Shown here: piece after piece, positions 50,151 to 63,460 of the stretch
Layout of the letters: every line of letters starts with the position of its first letter
Numbering within the stretch: position 1 is the stretch's first letter
Assembly (NCBI GenBank): GCA_002269645.1
Contig: NIVC01001454.1
Span: 58,842 to 122,841, forward strand
Source of the DNA: Macrostomum lignano
Lineage: Eukaryota
Direction of reading: 5' to 3'
Length of the DNA: 64,000 nt
Made by a program: the position numbers and the translations under genes
Notes under the pieces: model-generated
What the model was told of the DNA's origin: nothing
The model's input: the letters and a program-made list of their open reading frames with translations, nothing else
The model's database searches: none

Positions 50151-50316
50151 CCAAAGTTTTACAAGAACTACATGGATAACACATTTGCCATTTTTGATAA
50201 TCAGAAGGACCATTTAGAATTTTTTGAGGCTATCAATTCTACTTATCTATTCAAATATCAGGTTCATTGCTAAAGGTGGAGAAAAGAAACTTTCTTTTTT
50301 AGACACTAAGGTTGTC
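50151..50316 (+). mobile_element. Decayed Penelope-like reverse-transcriptase fragment
   Basis: KFYKNYMDNTFAIF (RYVDDTFAIF), FFEAINS, then after a frameshift IRF...LSFLDTKV (IKFT...LPFLDTLV). Confidence 0.65.
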
Positions 50317-50468
50317 TGCTCTGGATAGAGCCCTCAATTGAAAGAAAGTCTTATTACAAGGGGTATCCCAAAAGTTCCAGGAATGTTTGCTCTAGCTCCT
50401 CAGTACCTTGACCAATTTTTGTTTTATGCATCAAACTAAAGATAATTTTGCAACAAAAAATTGTCAAT

Positions 50469-51220
50469 TGAATTCCATTTTTATCTAGTTTCAATTAAGA
50501 GTTAATACCAGGGAATGTGAGAGAAGGTCAGTACTGGTGTTACACAACCTCAAATGTCTGTGGTGTCCTTTTTCCATCATCACTTTTTTTGACAAAATTA
50601 ACTTCGAATTTGTTAGAAAGATGTGGAAACATCTATGAATGAAACAAGTAAAATTGCTTAGGCCTATTTCATACTTAATGCTTGCTTTTGGCTAAAGATT
50701 TAATGATGAGTTCTTTTTAAAGGCTTGAGAGTCAACAGAGTCAAATTTTTCAGAATCATTCAAAGTGAACTGGCCATCCATGAACCATTGGATTTTTATC
50801 TATAAATAGCTGTTTTCTTAATGCTGTTCTCATCATACGTTGAGAAAAAATTAGCAATTTTGGCTCTACTCTGTCCTGCAGACCACTGGGCAAAAACTTG
50901 ACTCCATTGACTCCCAAGGCTATGGAGAGAACTCATCTTTAAATCTTTAGCCAAAAGAAAGCATTTAGTATGAACTAAGCAAACACTGACACCACTAGAT
51001 CTGATAAGCAATTTTACTAATTTACCAATTTGAAACCAATTTTTTTGGTTTTATCCATAGACATTTCTACATTTTCTGACAAATTCAAAGTTAATTTTGG
51101 CAAAAACTGATGTTAGAAAAAGGACACCATAGACATTTGAAGTTGTGTAACACTAGTATAGAACTTCCGTCACATTTTCTAGTGTAACTCTTAACCAAAA
51201 CTAGATGAAAAGGAGATTCA
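50469..51220. mobile_element. Foldback/MITE-like element with ~175-bp imperfect inverted arms
   Basis: 50,469-50,645 is the reverse complement of 51,048-51,220 (e.g. GTGTTACACAACCTCAAATGTCTGTGGTGTCCTTTT versus GTGTTACACAACTTCAAATGTCTATGGTGTCCTTTT). Confidence 0.7.
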
Positions 51221-52413
51221 AATAAGGAGATGTTTCCTCTTATAATATTAACCCTTATTTTCAACAAGTATAAATTATATTACTCTGTTGATCACTGTTT
51301 CCTACATAGGGGTGGTACACACTTAATAAAAATAATTGCAATCCAAGCCATTATTTTTTAACAATAAATAAGACCTATTAATGAGTAATAGTTTAAAAGT
51401 CAAACTCCTTCATTGGAGAAGAATCTGCAGAAGTTAAGCCCTCAAAGTTGAGATAGGAAAGTTGAACACAAGAACTAAAGTCAGTTAAAATTATCTAGGT
51501 AAAACTATGGACTTTCAATTTCATCTTAGTTAAACTGCAATCTAGCAATTTCTTTTCTATGAAACTGAAATCTATAACAATCCTTTAAGTAAAACTGAAA
51601 ACTATTATATACATATATTTATGTGCACACATAGGCTATCAGCTCATGTGTATACATGTGCACATATACAGACACATACATGCACAATAGTTGGCCAAAG
51701 CAGCCAATCTGGCCAACCAATTTGGCAGCCAACCAAGAAAGTCGCAAAAAATGCCCACCCAAAACACACCAAAGTAGTAGTACTAAGTAGCTGATGAGGC
51801 ATTTTGGCTTAATAAGATAGTCAAGGTTACTTCTGCCATTTCTTCAAAGTTGCATTAATTTTGCTTTAGGGTTTTATACATCTAAGTTGCATTTTTGGCT
51901 AAAAACTAAGTCACATTTTTGTTAAAACTAAGTCGCATGGCTGACCAAATTTTGGAGGTTGCACATGTATGCACAGACATGTATACGCACGCAGGTATAG
52001 GGCCTATACAATGTATAACACAACATGAGGACTTGGGGTTGAAGAAATGACTACAGGGATTCAACATTGGCAATTTGGCAATGGCATAGGGGCATAATAA
52101 CAAAAAATTATTATGCCATTTTAGCATAATAGCATCAAAATCATTATGCCATTTTTAACTTTGACATGTCATGTCCTGCTTATAATACAAAAAACCTAGA
52201 TACTATATAATGATTTCACATAATTATATAGATTCTTGATTAAATATTAGGCCTATTCTTTGCATTCCATACCAATGTAGTTTTATTGTTAGCCTTTCAA
52301 TAAATATAAATCTAAAATTATTTCAAAGATGTAGTATACCATTTATATCTATTCAAACAAGCAAATTAAATATATATGTTAAATTTATTTAGGCCCTAAG
52401 TCAATCTAGTGGA

Positions 52414-54746
52414 CAGTGCTGGGCAAGTTAATCAATTTTTTAACTTATTAAAAGTTAAAAAGTTAATTTAATTGCTCCAAAAAATTAACTGTAACTAGTT
52501 AAATATTTAACTTTTGCCAAAAATTTAACTTCTGAAAAGTTAATTCCTATTTCTCCCTAATGGAAAAAGTGACATTTTCCTGGACATGTGTCTGGCGCAT
52601 TTTTTAAATTTCAGGTTGGCGCGGCATGGCTGTGGCCAGTGTTCTGTTGTTGAATTAATGAATGCAGAAACAAGATAGATAATTATCCAGGCACTCAGTG
52701 GCACCAAAAGAGGGCTTGGCCAATAGGAGGGCGGCTCGTATATTTATGCACACGGGGAAGGAAAGTTCTAGAAAGACTGGGAGAGGAAACTTCAGGAACT
52801 ATGCGTAAACAAGTCCTGCTGTGGAAGTTTCTAGAAACCCTGTCCACGAACTATCCCTATGCATTGCATGCCTTTGAAATACACAACAGCCAGGTCGCGG
52901 CATGGCGTGGCGTGCAGTGACACGGTGCGCAGTGGCGCGAAGCAGCGCAGGTCGTGCGGCAGCGCAGGAAGTTGCATGGCAGCACTGGAGGTTGCACAGC
53001 GGCGCAGGAAGTCGCGCAGTATGGTGCAACGCAACAAGGAAATATCTATGCAGTGCGACGCAGAGCAGCGCAGCAGGAAAGGCAGAATCATTACATGTAT
53101 ACAATGATAACTTCTAGTAGTCCTTGGGTAGACTATCAATAATAGTTGAAGATTCCAGAGAATCTTCCGGAATATTCTATACATTATAACTTGTAACTGA
53201 AATAATATACATGTACATGTAATAGTTTGTGACGTGTTAAATAATGCTTAGAAAGGCGAAGTTATTTTATGTATGTAATAATTTTACTTTTTAATGGCAT
53301 ACAAGCTGTTGAAACCGCGGATTTTGAATCTGGGGAACTCCATTTCCCAGAATTATTTTTGCATGTATTTGAGTTTGCATGTATTTTGTTCGAGTTCAAA
53401 CTCAAACAAAAGTTTGTAATTAATTGTTAGGATAGAGTTAAACAAAATAAAGTACATTCCTATAAAATTAGGATTTGAAGCAAGCATTGATATTGTTGGC
53501 TAGGGTGCTGTGCAGAATGTCAGGCAAACTCTGGCCTTTACCTCTGCCTCTCCCTATGTCCCTTCAACTCCTTGGATCCTTTGAAACTTCTATCTTCTCT
53601 TCTGTTTCTTATCTTCTCTCCCATCTCTTGTCTCTCATATCTCATTTCTCCTTTTTTATCTCTTCTCATTTCTCTCTGCTGTCCCTTCTATCTTTGCTCT
53701 CTCTCCTCTTTCCCTCTCTCTGCTCTTGTCTCTCTGATCTCTCCTGTCCTATTTCTCTTCTCTTTAATCTCTTGCCTCTTTCCTCTCCTCCCTCCTTTTT
53801 ACCAATTTTCACTGTCCTCTTGATTCTTTCTCCTCCCCAGCATGGAATTCTTGCATCTGGCATATAAAACGGAAAATTGCAACTTTTTTTCGGTGCGCAA
53901 TTACATATTGAACCAAATGTAATTTTTACAATCTTAAACAAAATTTAGTGGTGCAATTTTTGGCATTACCAATTGTCAAAATAATGTTTTGCAATAGTCT
54001 CATATTCTCATTTTTAGACGACTTGTTACAATAAATAGAACACTGATTATCTTTGTTTTTTAAGTAAAAAAAATTAAATTTAAACAGTTCGTAAATAACA
54101 AACTATAAAATGTTACGTTTTTGTAAATTCTACATTTAATACTGTAAAATCAGTAATTTAAACTGTGCAAGCAGTCGCAAAATAATTGGCAATTTTTGTC
54201 GCATTTTTTGTAGCTTGTACAGGTGCGCAATTTTTTGCAATTTTTTTCCGAAATGCAAAAACGCGTTGCAATTTTTGTGCAAGAATTCCATCCTAGTCTC
54301 CTCCCCTCCTCTCTCCTCACTCACTTCTCATCTCTCCCTTGTCTCCACCTCTTATCTCTTATTTCTTATCTCTTCTCTTTTTTTTCTACTCTCCCATCTC
54401 TTGTCTGTTCACTCTCATTTCTGCTCTCTCAATTCCCTTCTTTCATCTGTCATCTTTATTCATATATGTTCTTGATCTTACCTCTCTCTTCTTGTACTCT
54501 TCTCTTTTCCTTTTTTGACTCAGGACTCTCTTTCTTTCTTCTCATTTTAACAAAAAATTAAAGAAAAACTCCTATGAAAGAATAAATAATTTAACAAAGA
54601 AATAAGTAACTTTTGTCATTTAACTTTAACTTACAGAAAAAATTTAATGATTTTTGTTAACTAGTTAATACATAAAAAATTAAATGAAATTGACCAATTA
54701 AAAAAATTAACTAGTTTAACAATTAACTAGTTAACGCCCAGCACTG
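52414..54746. mobile_element. Non-autonomous hAT-type DNA transposon (2,333 bp)
   Basis: TIRs CAGTGCTGGGC (52414) and GCCCAGCACTG (54736-54746); exact 8-bp TSD CTAGTGGA (52406-52413 and 54747-54754); subterminal TTAAC repeats; no transposase ORF. Confidence 0.85.
53838..54296. mobile_element. MITE nested in the hAT element
   Basis: Perfect 14-bp inverted core ATGGAATTCTTGCA / TGCAAGAATTCCAT; flanking direct repeat TCTCCTCCC (53829-53837 and 54297-54305). The flanks are CT-rich, so the TSD is less certain. Confidence 0.65.
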
Positions 54747-56756
54747 CTAGTGGACCAAGACATATATAAAACTGGGACTTGTAGCTATAGCACGCTTAAT
54801 AGCCATAGGCTTAGGGCCAGTAGCCTAGGCTATAAGGTATATTCATATAGATAGATTGGTCCTGTAGGCCATAGTAATAGTATATAAGAAAATAATGGTA
54901 ATACTGTAAAATACTATAGAATTCTAGCCAAAAAAACTAGGCCATAAAGAACCTTCTGGTTTTGGCCTAATAACCCCTTATTATTTTCAATCATCTTACA
55001 TGCTAACATGCATGTTAGAACAAAGAAGCCTTAAATTATGGTTACAAAATGACGACAACAATTCTAGAATTTCTAGGTAGGCCCTAGGCTTAGGCTAATC
55101 ACATACCCATATAATCAATCAAGGAGAAAGCCATCAAGGCTGCTTTTGTTTTTAGTGATATTTCGAAGAATGCACACTTTTAATTTTAAATACAGTTGTT
55201 TGTAAACGTTTTAACAATTAGGAATTATATTCTGAATCGCTTGTATTTTTTACAGGTAATTTTTGCTCATTGAGACATAAAACTTCAAGTTTTCTGAAAT
55301 TTAGGCCTATAAATGAAAAAAATGACTGTACGGTTTTGTTAGTAAAGTTCGTTTAAAAATATTGACAACGTCAATTACATTTATCGTGGTGGTGGTGCCA
55401 CCGTGGTGGGAGGCATTAGGCCTAATCAATCTGCCAACAAAAACCAATAATTCAAAAAAGCAAGCCCTTAGCTGCAGGGCTGTCCCGGGGAGACACAGCG
55501 GGAAGGCGCGAATGCCCATTCCGCTAGTCCAGGTTATATTTGAATATGCATCCAAATAGGCCCTATGCCATGTCACTACAGCCGTGTCAGCTTGTGACAG
55601 AATTTCGGTCTTTTTTCCTATCCAACAAAACATGCTAGGCAGCTTTACCCTAAATGAGCTTATCCTTTTATTAGGGCCTCTAGAATAGCCTACCTAGCTT
55701 ATAGTAAATGCTGAATTGAAATGATGACAATTAAGAGTTTTATTGGATGTCTTAATATGCTGATATGTGATAGGCCTATATACACTAGAATATTATACAA
55801 GATAGAATACACTTGTCAAAAGTTTTAAATGTTATTTATTAGGCCCTAGTTATGAATTTTGAGTTTTATCCTACCATTTTTAAGTTCTTTCTGTTCTTTT
55901 TTGATTCTGACCCCTAGGCCCTAGCCTAGCTAAATAGTTTCAAAGGATAATAAAGGCACTAAGTCACTGATAAAGCATTTAAAAGGCCCTAAGTCACTAA
56001 GTAAAAAGTATTGAATTAATTGTATTTGTAATAACTGCTAGGCTACTAATTGATGGTAAACTGATTTTTTTGCCTATTTTTATAGTTAGGCTAAAATGAC
56101 TGTCAGTTTTTAAGCAAGGTTAGGCCTAGCACTAGGCCTAATTTTAATAGGCCTTACAGCCTAGGCATAGGCCTACTTGCCATTCTAACCAAAGACTAAT
56201 ATTTATCCACTGCCACAAACTATTGAATTTAAATTAGCTAAATATTAATATAAGAATTTTAATTCAAACTAGGCCTTAAGCTAGGCCTATATCATAGTTC
56301 ATTATATAATATAAAGCTTTAAAATTAAAATGAATCCAAGTTTAGAATAAAGCTACAAATGATAATATACTAATGCTAATATGACATTTAGGGGGGCCTA
56401 TTGGACCTTTGTTTGTTATTTATTTGATTTGCAATTAAGCCCCTAATGTTGTGCTTGTGTGTAATGTGTACAATTTCTGCACTAAGCCTAACATATTTGT
56501 AGCTCTAATATTTTAGCTCTAGATTATTTGAATATTATTAGGATTGTTCTAATTGCAATGTGATTAAATGTTTCTATAATTTTTTGCTAGGCTAGCCTTT
56601 TTATTGAGTATTGTATAATGAATAAAACCTAAAAAATGAAAAAATGAAATAGATATTACTAGTATTGCAGTTTTACTAATGTTTTTTGCAAGCAGCTTAG
56701 CTGTGGCTGAGCAACTTTTTGCTTTTCAAAATAAGCCCTAGTTGCCTCAAGAATCT

Positions 56757-57750
56757 AAAACATATTATTTTTCTATAAGAAAATGCATGCCCTTCTTGTA
56801 AAACTTAGCAATCTGAGTCAAAGAAGTTTATGATATTCAACTTTAGCTCTTTGTTGCTAGCAAATTTCTTCTTGGCCAAGTTGGCTAGCAAAATAAACAG
56901 ATAATAGTCATTTGGGAAGATTTCTAGACTATATGATAGATTTGGCAAAATATCCCAACCAAGCTCTACCAATATTTGATATGTACAAATAGCCATATGT
57001 GACTATAATTATTGTGTAAGAACAAAATAAATTTGCAGTTGACAACAGACAGCTGCTTCTACTGTAGTTTCTTGTGTACAGTACACAGCTAGCTGCTATA
57101 GTGGTTGGCTATGATAGTTTGCCCATATGGAAGGAAATTGATATGCAGCATACTATATGTTGTCTACCACATTGTCATAAGATCTTCTTTGGGTGCAGTT
57201 CCCACTTTGCTGATTGTCCAACCACTTCACCTAGGTATTACCACTTAGCAAAGTGACATGCATTGTCATAGAACACCTAATTTTCATTGCAGGTGATGAT
57301 CTTGTCAATGAAAGGATTATATTCATTCTAAAGCAGCAATGTCCCGCAGATTTCCACTTATATCTGCTTGTTTTCTGGTGACAACTGATGTGACACCCAC
57401 TTTGTCAGCTTCTTGGTAAAGCCAAGGGCTTGCAAATGATTGCAGACAATTGATTCACTACACCCTAGTTTGATAGTGATGTTGGCACATGATGTGGCCA
57501 TGTTGGCCACAATCAGATCATACAGTATCTAGTCATCCAGAATAGAAGGCTAGCCATCATATTCTTTATCTAAAAAGGTCTTAGTTTCTACTCCTAAACC
57601 ATTTGAAACAAAGCTAAGCAGTTCTGTTGCTCATACTTCATATATAACCTTCTCTAAACACCTTGGATATATCAAGTAGCAGCTGCGGCCAAGCATCCAA
57701 GCCTATACTCATAGAATAAAAGTACAAGTTTTGAATTTTGGCTAGTCCAT
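56757..57750 (-). mobile_element. Heavily mutated mariner transposase pseudogene
   Basis: LLFYEYRLG...AAAAT*YI (HTH start); KKLTKWVSHQLSPEN (WVPHEL); IITCNEN*VFYDN (TGDEKW); LHPKK; LHNN (HDN); LGWDILPNLSYSLEIFPNDYYLF (PHPPYSPDLAPSDY). Confidence 0.88.
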
Positions 57751-58949
57751 GTTCAAGGCTTAAGCTAGGCAATCAAAATTGATTATATCTACAAAGGCTG
57801 ACATCATTTTTTAGAGCATAAAAAACTGATTCTTTGAGTTTCTAAGTGCAGCTATTCATCAAAGTAGCATATATTGATATTTTTAAAAACCAAAAGAAAT
57901 TTTTGGTATACCAAAAACCAAATGGGACCACATGGACCTCTCTTACATTTTGGTTTATAGGGCCTACTTGTCCTATCATTCTTTTTAATTAAAACTTGAT
58001 TAGCAGCTAGCTAGATTCTAAGGATAACAATCTAAGTTATCATTCTTTTTAGTCTTGTCAAGCAAGCCTTCTTTACTTTAAAGTCAGTTTGTCTTAGGCA
58101 ACAAAAATATAATAGAATAGATGTATATACACCTAAGTTTAATTTCTAATAGACACTAAAAATGCAATAGCTTTTTTAGCCCTTATCTATAAATAAAAAT
58201 AAATTTAATAAAGATAAAGTTGCCAAACCTTAGCAAAAATGTTCTATATTTTCTGTGCAATAGAGATGCTATTATAGTAAGGAATGGAAACTCTAATAAA
58301 GATCCTAAGACTTGCCTGTGTTTTGTCAATACAAAAGGCTAATTTGAATAAAAATATTCTTTTCTTGATAATAAAAAACAAGATAACAATGCCTTTCTAT
58401 TTAAAGGCATTTATATAGAATAAAAAGCAAACATGAATTATTTTAAAGAGATAAAAATATATTTTCATTGAGAAAAAACTTATGAATTAAATATATATAT
58501 CTAGTTTTCATTGAGATAAAAAATGCAGAGCTAGAATAACAAACTTTTAACATTCAATTTAAACTAGCCTTTTCATTATATACACTTGAAATTTTGAAAG
58601 AATTCTCATTGTTTTTACTTTTTTTAACAGGTTCACTTTGTTGCCCATAGTCAGGAAACAACTTCTAGTATGTTGAATTTTATCTACTAACAGAGAAAAA
58701 ACAAATTAAGAAAACTGGCTATAGTTAGTAAAAAATATTATTTTGCATTTTCCTAGAAGCCTTTTGCTTCTAATTATAATAAAAAATACCAATAAATTTA
58801 TAACTTTTTTTGGATTTTTCTAACTGTGGCAAGTTTTTTTGCTGTATATTTACCATTTCATTATCATTTCTTTGTTTATGAATTTAGCCAATACCTTATT
58901 ACTTAAGATAAAAAACCTATTGTGCTTCTCTTTTTGAGCAGTTAGTGTC

Positions 58950-59662
58950 AGCAACTCCCCATTGAGCCAATTGGCATCTCAGCCACTCCCCATTGAGCCA
59001 ATTGGCAATGGCATCTCAGCCACTCCCCATTGAGTGTTTTAATTGGCATCTCAGCAACTCCCCATTGAGCCAATTGGCATCTCAGCCACTCCCCATTGAG
59101 CCAATCTTGGTATCTCAGCAACTTCCCATTGAGACAATTGGCAATGGCATCTCAGCCACCCCATTGAGTCATTTAATTGGCATCTCAGCCACTCCCCATT
59201 GAGCCAATTGGCATCTCAGCAACTCCCCATTGAGCCAATTGGCATCTCAGCAACTCCCCATTGAGCCAATTGGCATCTCAGCAACTCCCCATTGAGCCAA
59301 TTAGCATCTCAGCAACTCCCCATTGAGTCAATTGGCATCTCAGCAACTCCCCATTGAGCCAATTGGCATCCCAGCAACTCCCCATTGAGCCAATTGGCAT
59401 CCCAGCAACTCCCCATTGAGTCAATTGGCATCCCAGCAACTCCCCATTGAGCCAATTGGCATCTCATCCACTCCCCATTGAGCCAATTGGCATCTCATCC
59501 ACTCCCCATTGAGCCAATTGACATCTCAGCAACTCCCCAGTGAGCCAATTGGCATCTCATCCACTCCCCATTGAGTCAATTGGCAATGGCATCTCAGCCA
59601 CTCCCCATTGAGTCATTTAATTGGCATCTCAGCAACTCCCCATTGCAAAGCCAATTGGCATC
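58950..59662. repeat. 31-bp minisatellite (TTGGCATCTCAGCAACTCCCCATTGAGCCAA) upstream of cullin-3
   Basis: ~20 units, most carrying the palindrome GCCAATTGGC; ends ~85 bp before the ATG. Confidence 0.95.
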
Positions 59663-59745
59663 CACAACCCAAGCTAATAAACACCCAGACGCTAGTATTA
59701 GCATATTTTAATTTCTAAAATTGATGCGTCGCTGCTAGGCCCAGC

Positions 59746-62700
59746 ATGAATCGCAATGCGCCAAATGCAATTGGCGGCGGCGCCAGTGGCGGCGGTGGCA
59801 GCGGAGGCGGCAGCAATAACAGTTATTCCAAGATGCGTATCAAAGCGTTTCCAATGTCTATGGACGAACGCTACGTTAATCAAATCTGGGATCAGCTGAA
59901 ACGAGCTATCCAAGAAATTCAAAAGAAGAACAATAGCGGATTAAGCTTTGAAGAGCTCTACCGCAACGCCTACACTTTGGTGTTGCACAAATACGGCGAG
60001 AAGCTCTATTCAGGCACCAGAGACGTGGTCGCCGAGCACATGGCTAAAATTAAAGACGACGTTCTGGCCAGCGTTAATAATGTCTTTCTGGCCACGCTGA
60101 ACTCGCTGTGGAAAGACCACCAGACTGCTATGGTGATGATTCGCGACATTCTCATGTACATGGATCGGGTGTACGTTAACCAGCAGAACCTGCCGTCCGT
60201 GTACAATATGGGCCTGACCGTCTTCAAAGAGCAAGTTGTTAGGCATCCGGTTGTGTGCGAGCACCTGCGCAATACCCTGCTGGAGATGGTTGCTAGGGAG
60301 CGCAGGGGTGAGTCCATTGCGCGCAGCCAGATCAAGGACGCCTGTAATATGCTGTGCCAGCTGGGCGTGGACTCGCTGCAGGTAATGATGCGGTAACATG
60401 AAGCTATCTCACTTATTTATGATGGGAATCAGACCCTATAAGGATTATAGGGAAGAATTGGGATCACGAGTAATTATGTCATTATCTATCATGTCATACA
60501 AATGGGAAGAATTGGGATCACACAGTAATTATCCCATTGTCATACTATACAAATTGGGAAGAATTGGGATCACACAGTAATTATCCCATTGTCATACTAT
60601 ACAAATTGGGAAGAATTTGGATCACACAGTAATTATCCCATTGTCATACTATACAAATTGGGAAGAATTGGGATCACACAGTAACTATCTCATTGTCATA
60701 CTATACAAATTGGGAAGAATTGGGATCACACAGTAACTATCCCATTGTCATACTATACAAATTGGGAAGAATTGGGATCACACAGTAACTACCCCATTGT
60801 CATACTATACAAATTGGGAAGAATTGGGATCACACTAAAGTTATCATACTAGAGGGGAATCTATTGATAATCTAAGCATTAATCTCAATCTCGCCAATTT
60901 CCAATTCCAGGTCTACGAAGAAGACTTTGAGCAGGCGTTTCTCAAACAGTCGCGCGACTTTTATCGCAGCGAAAGCGACGACTTCCTAGCTGAGAACTGC
61001 TCGGCCAGCCTGTACATCAAAAAGGTTGAGAGCAGGATGGCTGAAGAGATGGAACGGGCCAGGCACTATTTGGATCGCAGCACAGAGCCGAAGATCATTG
61101 CCGTACTAGAAGAGGAACTGATTAGTAGGCATATGCGAACTATAGTCGAAATGGAATCGTCTGGCTTAGTGTCAATGCTTCGCGCTGATAAACACGAGGA
61201 TATTCACTGCATGTACCGGCTGCTGCAGAGAGTGCCAGATGGTGTGAAGATTATGACAGACTGTATCAGCACCTACCTGCGCGAACAGGGCAAGGCTATT
61301 GTGGCCGAAGAGAATAGGGAGCCGTCTGCCTATGTTCAGGTTTGTGTGTTCTTAGGGGTGCCGCGTACTTTTTCAAGATTGGCGCCACTAGAATATTGAA
61401 CTGGCGCTAATTATAACCATCTCTAGATAAGATCTAATATTGGCGCCACTTTTTATCATCTCGGATTGGCGCCACTAGAATAATCTCAGATTGGCGCCAT
61501 AGAATCATTTCAGATTGGCGCCACTAGAATCATCTCAGATTGGCGCCACTAGAATCATCTCAGATTGGCGCCACTAGAATCATCTCAGATTGGCGCCACT
61601 AGAATCATCTCAGATTGGCGTCACTGGAATCATCTCAGATTGGCGCCATAGAATCATCTCAGATTGGCGCCACTTAGAATCATCTCAGATTGGCGCCACT
61701 AGAATCATCTCAGATTGGCGCCACTTAGAATCATCTCAGATTGGCGCCAGTAGAATCATCTCAGATTGGCGGCACTAGAATCATCTCATATTGGCGCCAC
61801 TAGAATCATCTCAGATTGGCGGCACTAGAATCATCTCATATTGGCGCCACTAAAATCATCTTAGATTGGCGCCACTTAGAATCACCTCAGATTGTCGCCA
61901 TTTAGAATAATCTCAGATTAGCGCCACTTAGAATAATCTCAGATTGGCGCCACAAAATCGTCTCAGATTTGCGCCACTAGAATCATCTCAGATTGGCGGC
62001 ACTTAGAATTATCTCATATTGGCGCCAGTAGAATCATCTCAGATTGGCGCCACTTAGAATCATCACAGATTGTCGCCACTTAGAATAATCTCGGATTAGC
62101 GCCACTTAGAATCATCTCATATTGGCGCCACTTAGGATCATCTCATATTGGCGCCAATTAGAATCATCTCAGATTGGCGCCAATTAGAATCATCTCAGAT
62201 TGGCGCCACTTAGAATAATCTCAGATTGGCGCCACTTAAAATCATCTCAGATTGGCGCCACTAGAATAATTTCAGATTGGCGCCACTAGAATCATCTCAG
62301 ATTGGCGCCACTAGAATAATTTCAGATTGGCGCCACTAGAATCATCTCAGATTGGCGCCACTAGAATAATTTCAGATTGGCGCCACTAGAATCATCTCAG
62401 ATTGGCGCCACTTAGAATCATCTCAGAATCATCTTAGAATCACTTAGAATACTGGTACCCCACATTGTCTCCCATCGCAGGCCCTACTAGATCTGCGCGA
62501 TCGCTGCGATTGCCTACTAGCTCAGGCTCTGAATCGCGACAGGCTGTTCAAACAGCAGATTAGCAGCGATTTCGAATACTTCGTCAATTTAAACGTTCGC
62601 TCGCCGAATACCTGTCTCTGTTCATCGACGAGAAGCTTCGTCGTGGCTCGCGCGGCGCCGCTGCCGATAACGAAATCGAGCCGTTGCTGGACAAATGCAT

Positions 62701-63383
62701 GGTGCTGTTCCGCTACCTGCAGGAGAAGGACGTGTTTGAAAAGTATTATAAACAGCACCTGGCTAAGCGGCTCATATTGAATAAGTCCTCGTCCGATGAC
62801 ACTGAGAAGTCCATGATCTCCAAGCTCAAAGCCGAGTGCGGCTGCCAGTTCACTAGCAAACTGGAGGGCATGCTCAAGGACATGACCGTGAGCAATATGC
62901 TCAACGAAGAGTTTGGCAACTATTTGAGCCAGGCTGGCGGAGCTGGTGCTCAGCGTAGCATCGACTTTGGTCTGCGCGTGCTCACTACCGGCTTCTGGCC
63001 CACTCAGACTACTCAGAATAAGGTTGGTTTGTTTTTCTGTCTGTGTGTCTGTCTGCCTGCCTGCCTGCCTGCCTGGCTTTCTGTCTGTCTGTCTGTCTGC
63101 CTGGCTTTCTGTCTGTCTGTCTGTCTGCCTGGCTTTCTGTCTGTCTGTTTGTCTGCCTTAGTGTCTGTCTGTCTGTCTGTCTGCCTTAGTGTCTGTCTGT
63201 CTGTGTCTGTCTGTCTGTTTGTTTGTCTGTCTGTCTGTGTGTCTGTCTGTCTGTCTGTCTTAGTGTCTGTCTGTCTGTCTGTCTGTCTTAGTGTCTGTCT
63301 GTGTGTCTGTCTGTCTGTCTGTCTTAGTGTCTGTCTGTCTGTCTTAGTGTCTGTCTGTCTTAGTGTCTGTCTGTCTGTCTTAG

Positions 63384-63420
<37 letters not shown>

Positions 63421-63423
63421 TAG

Positions 63424-63460
<37 letters not shown>

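Noticed and set aside
52580-53240. CpG-rich segment as a solo LTR
   Set aside because: I could not define TG...CA termini or a TSD.
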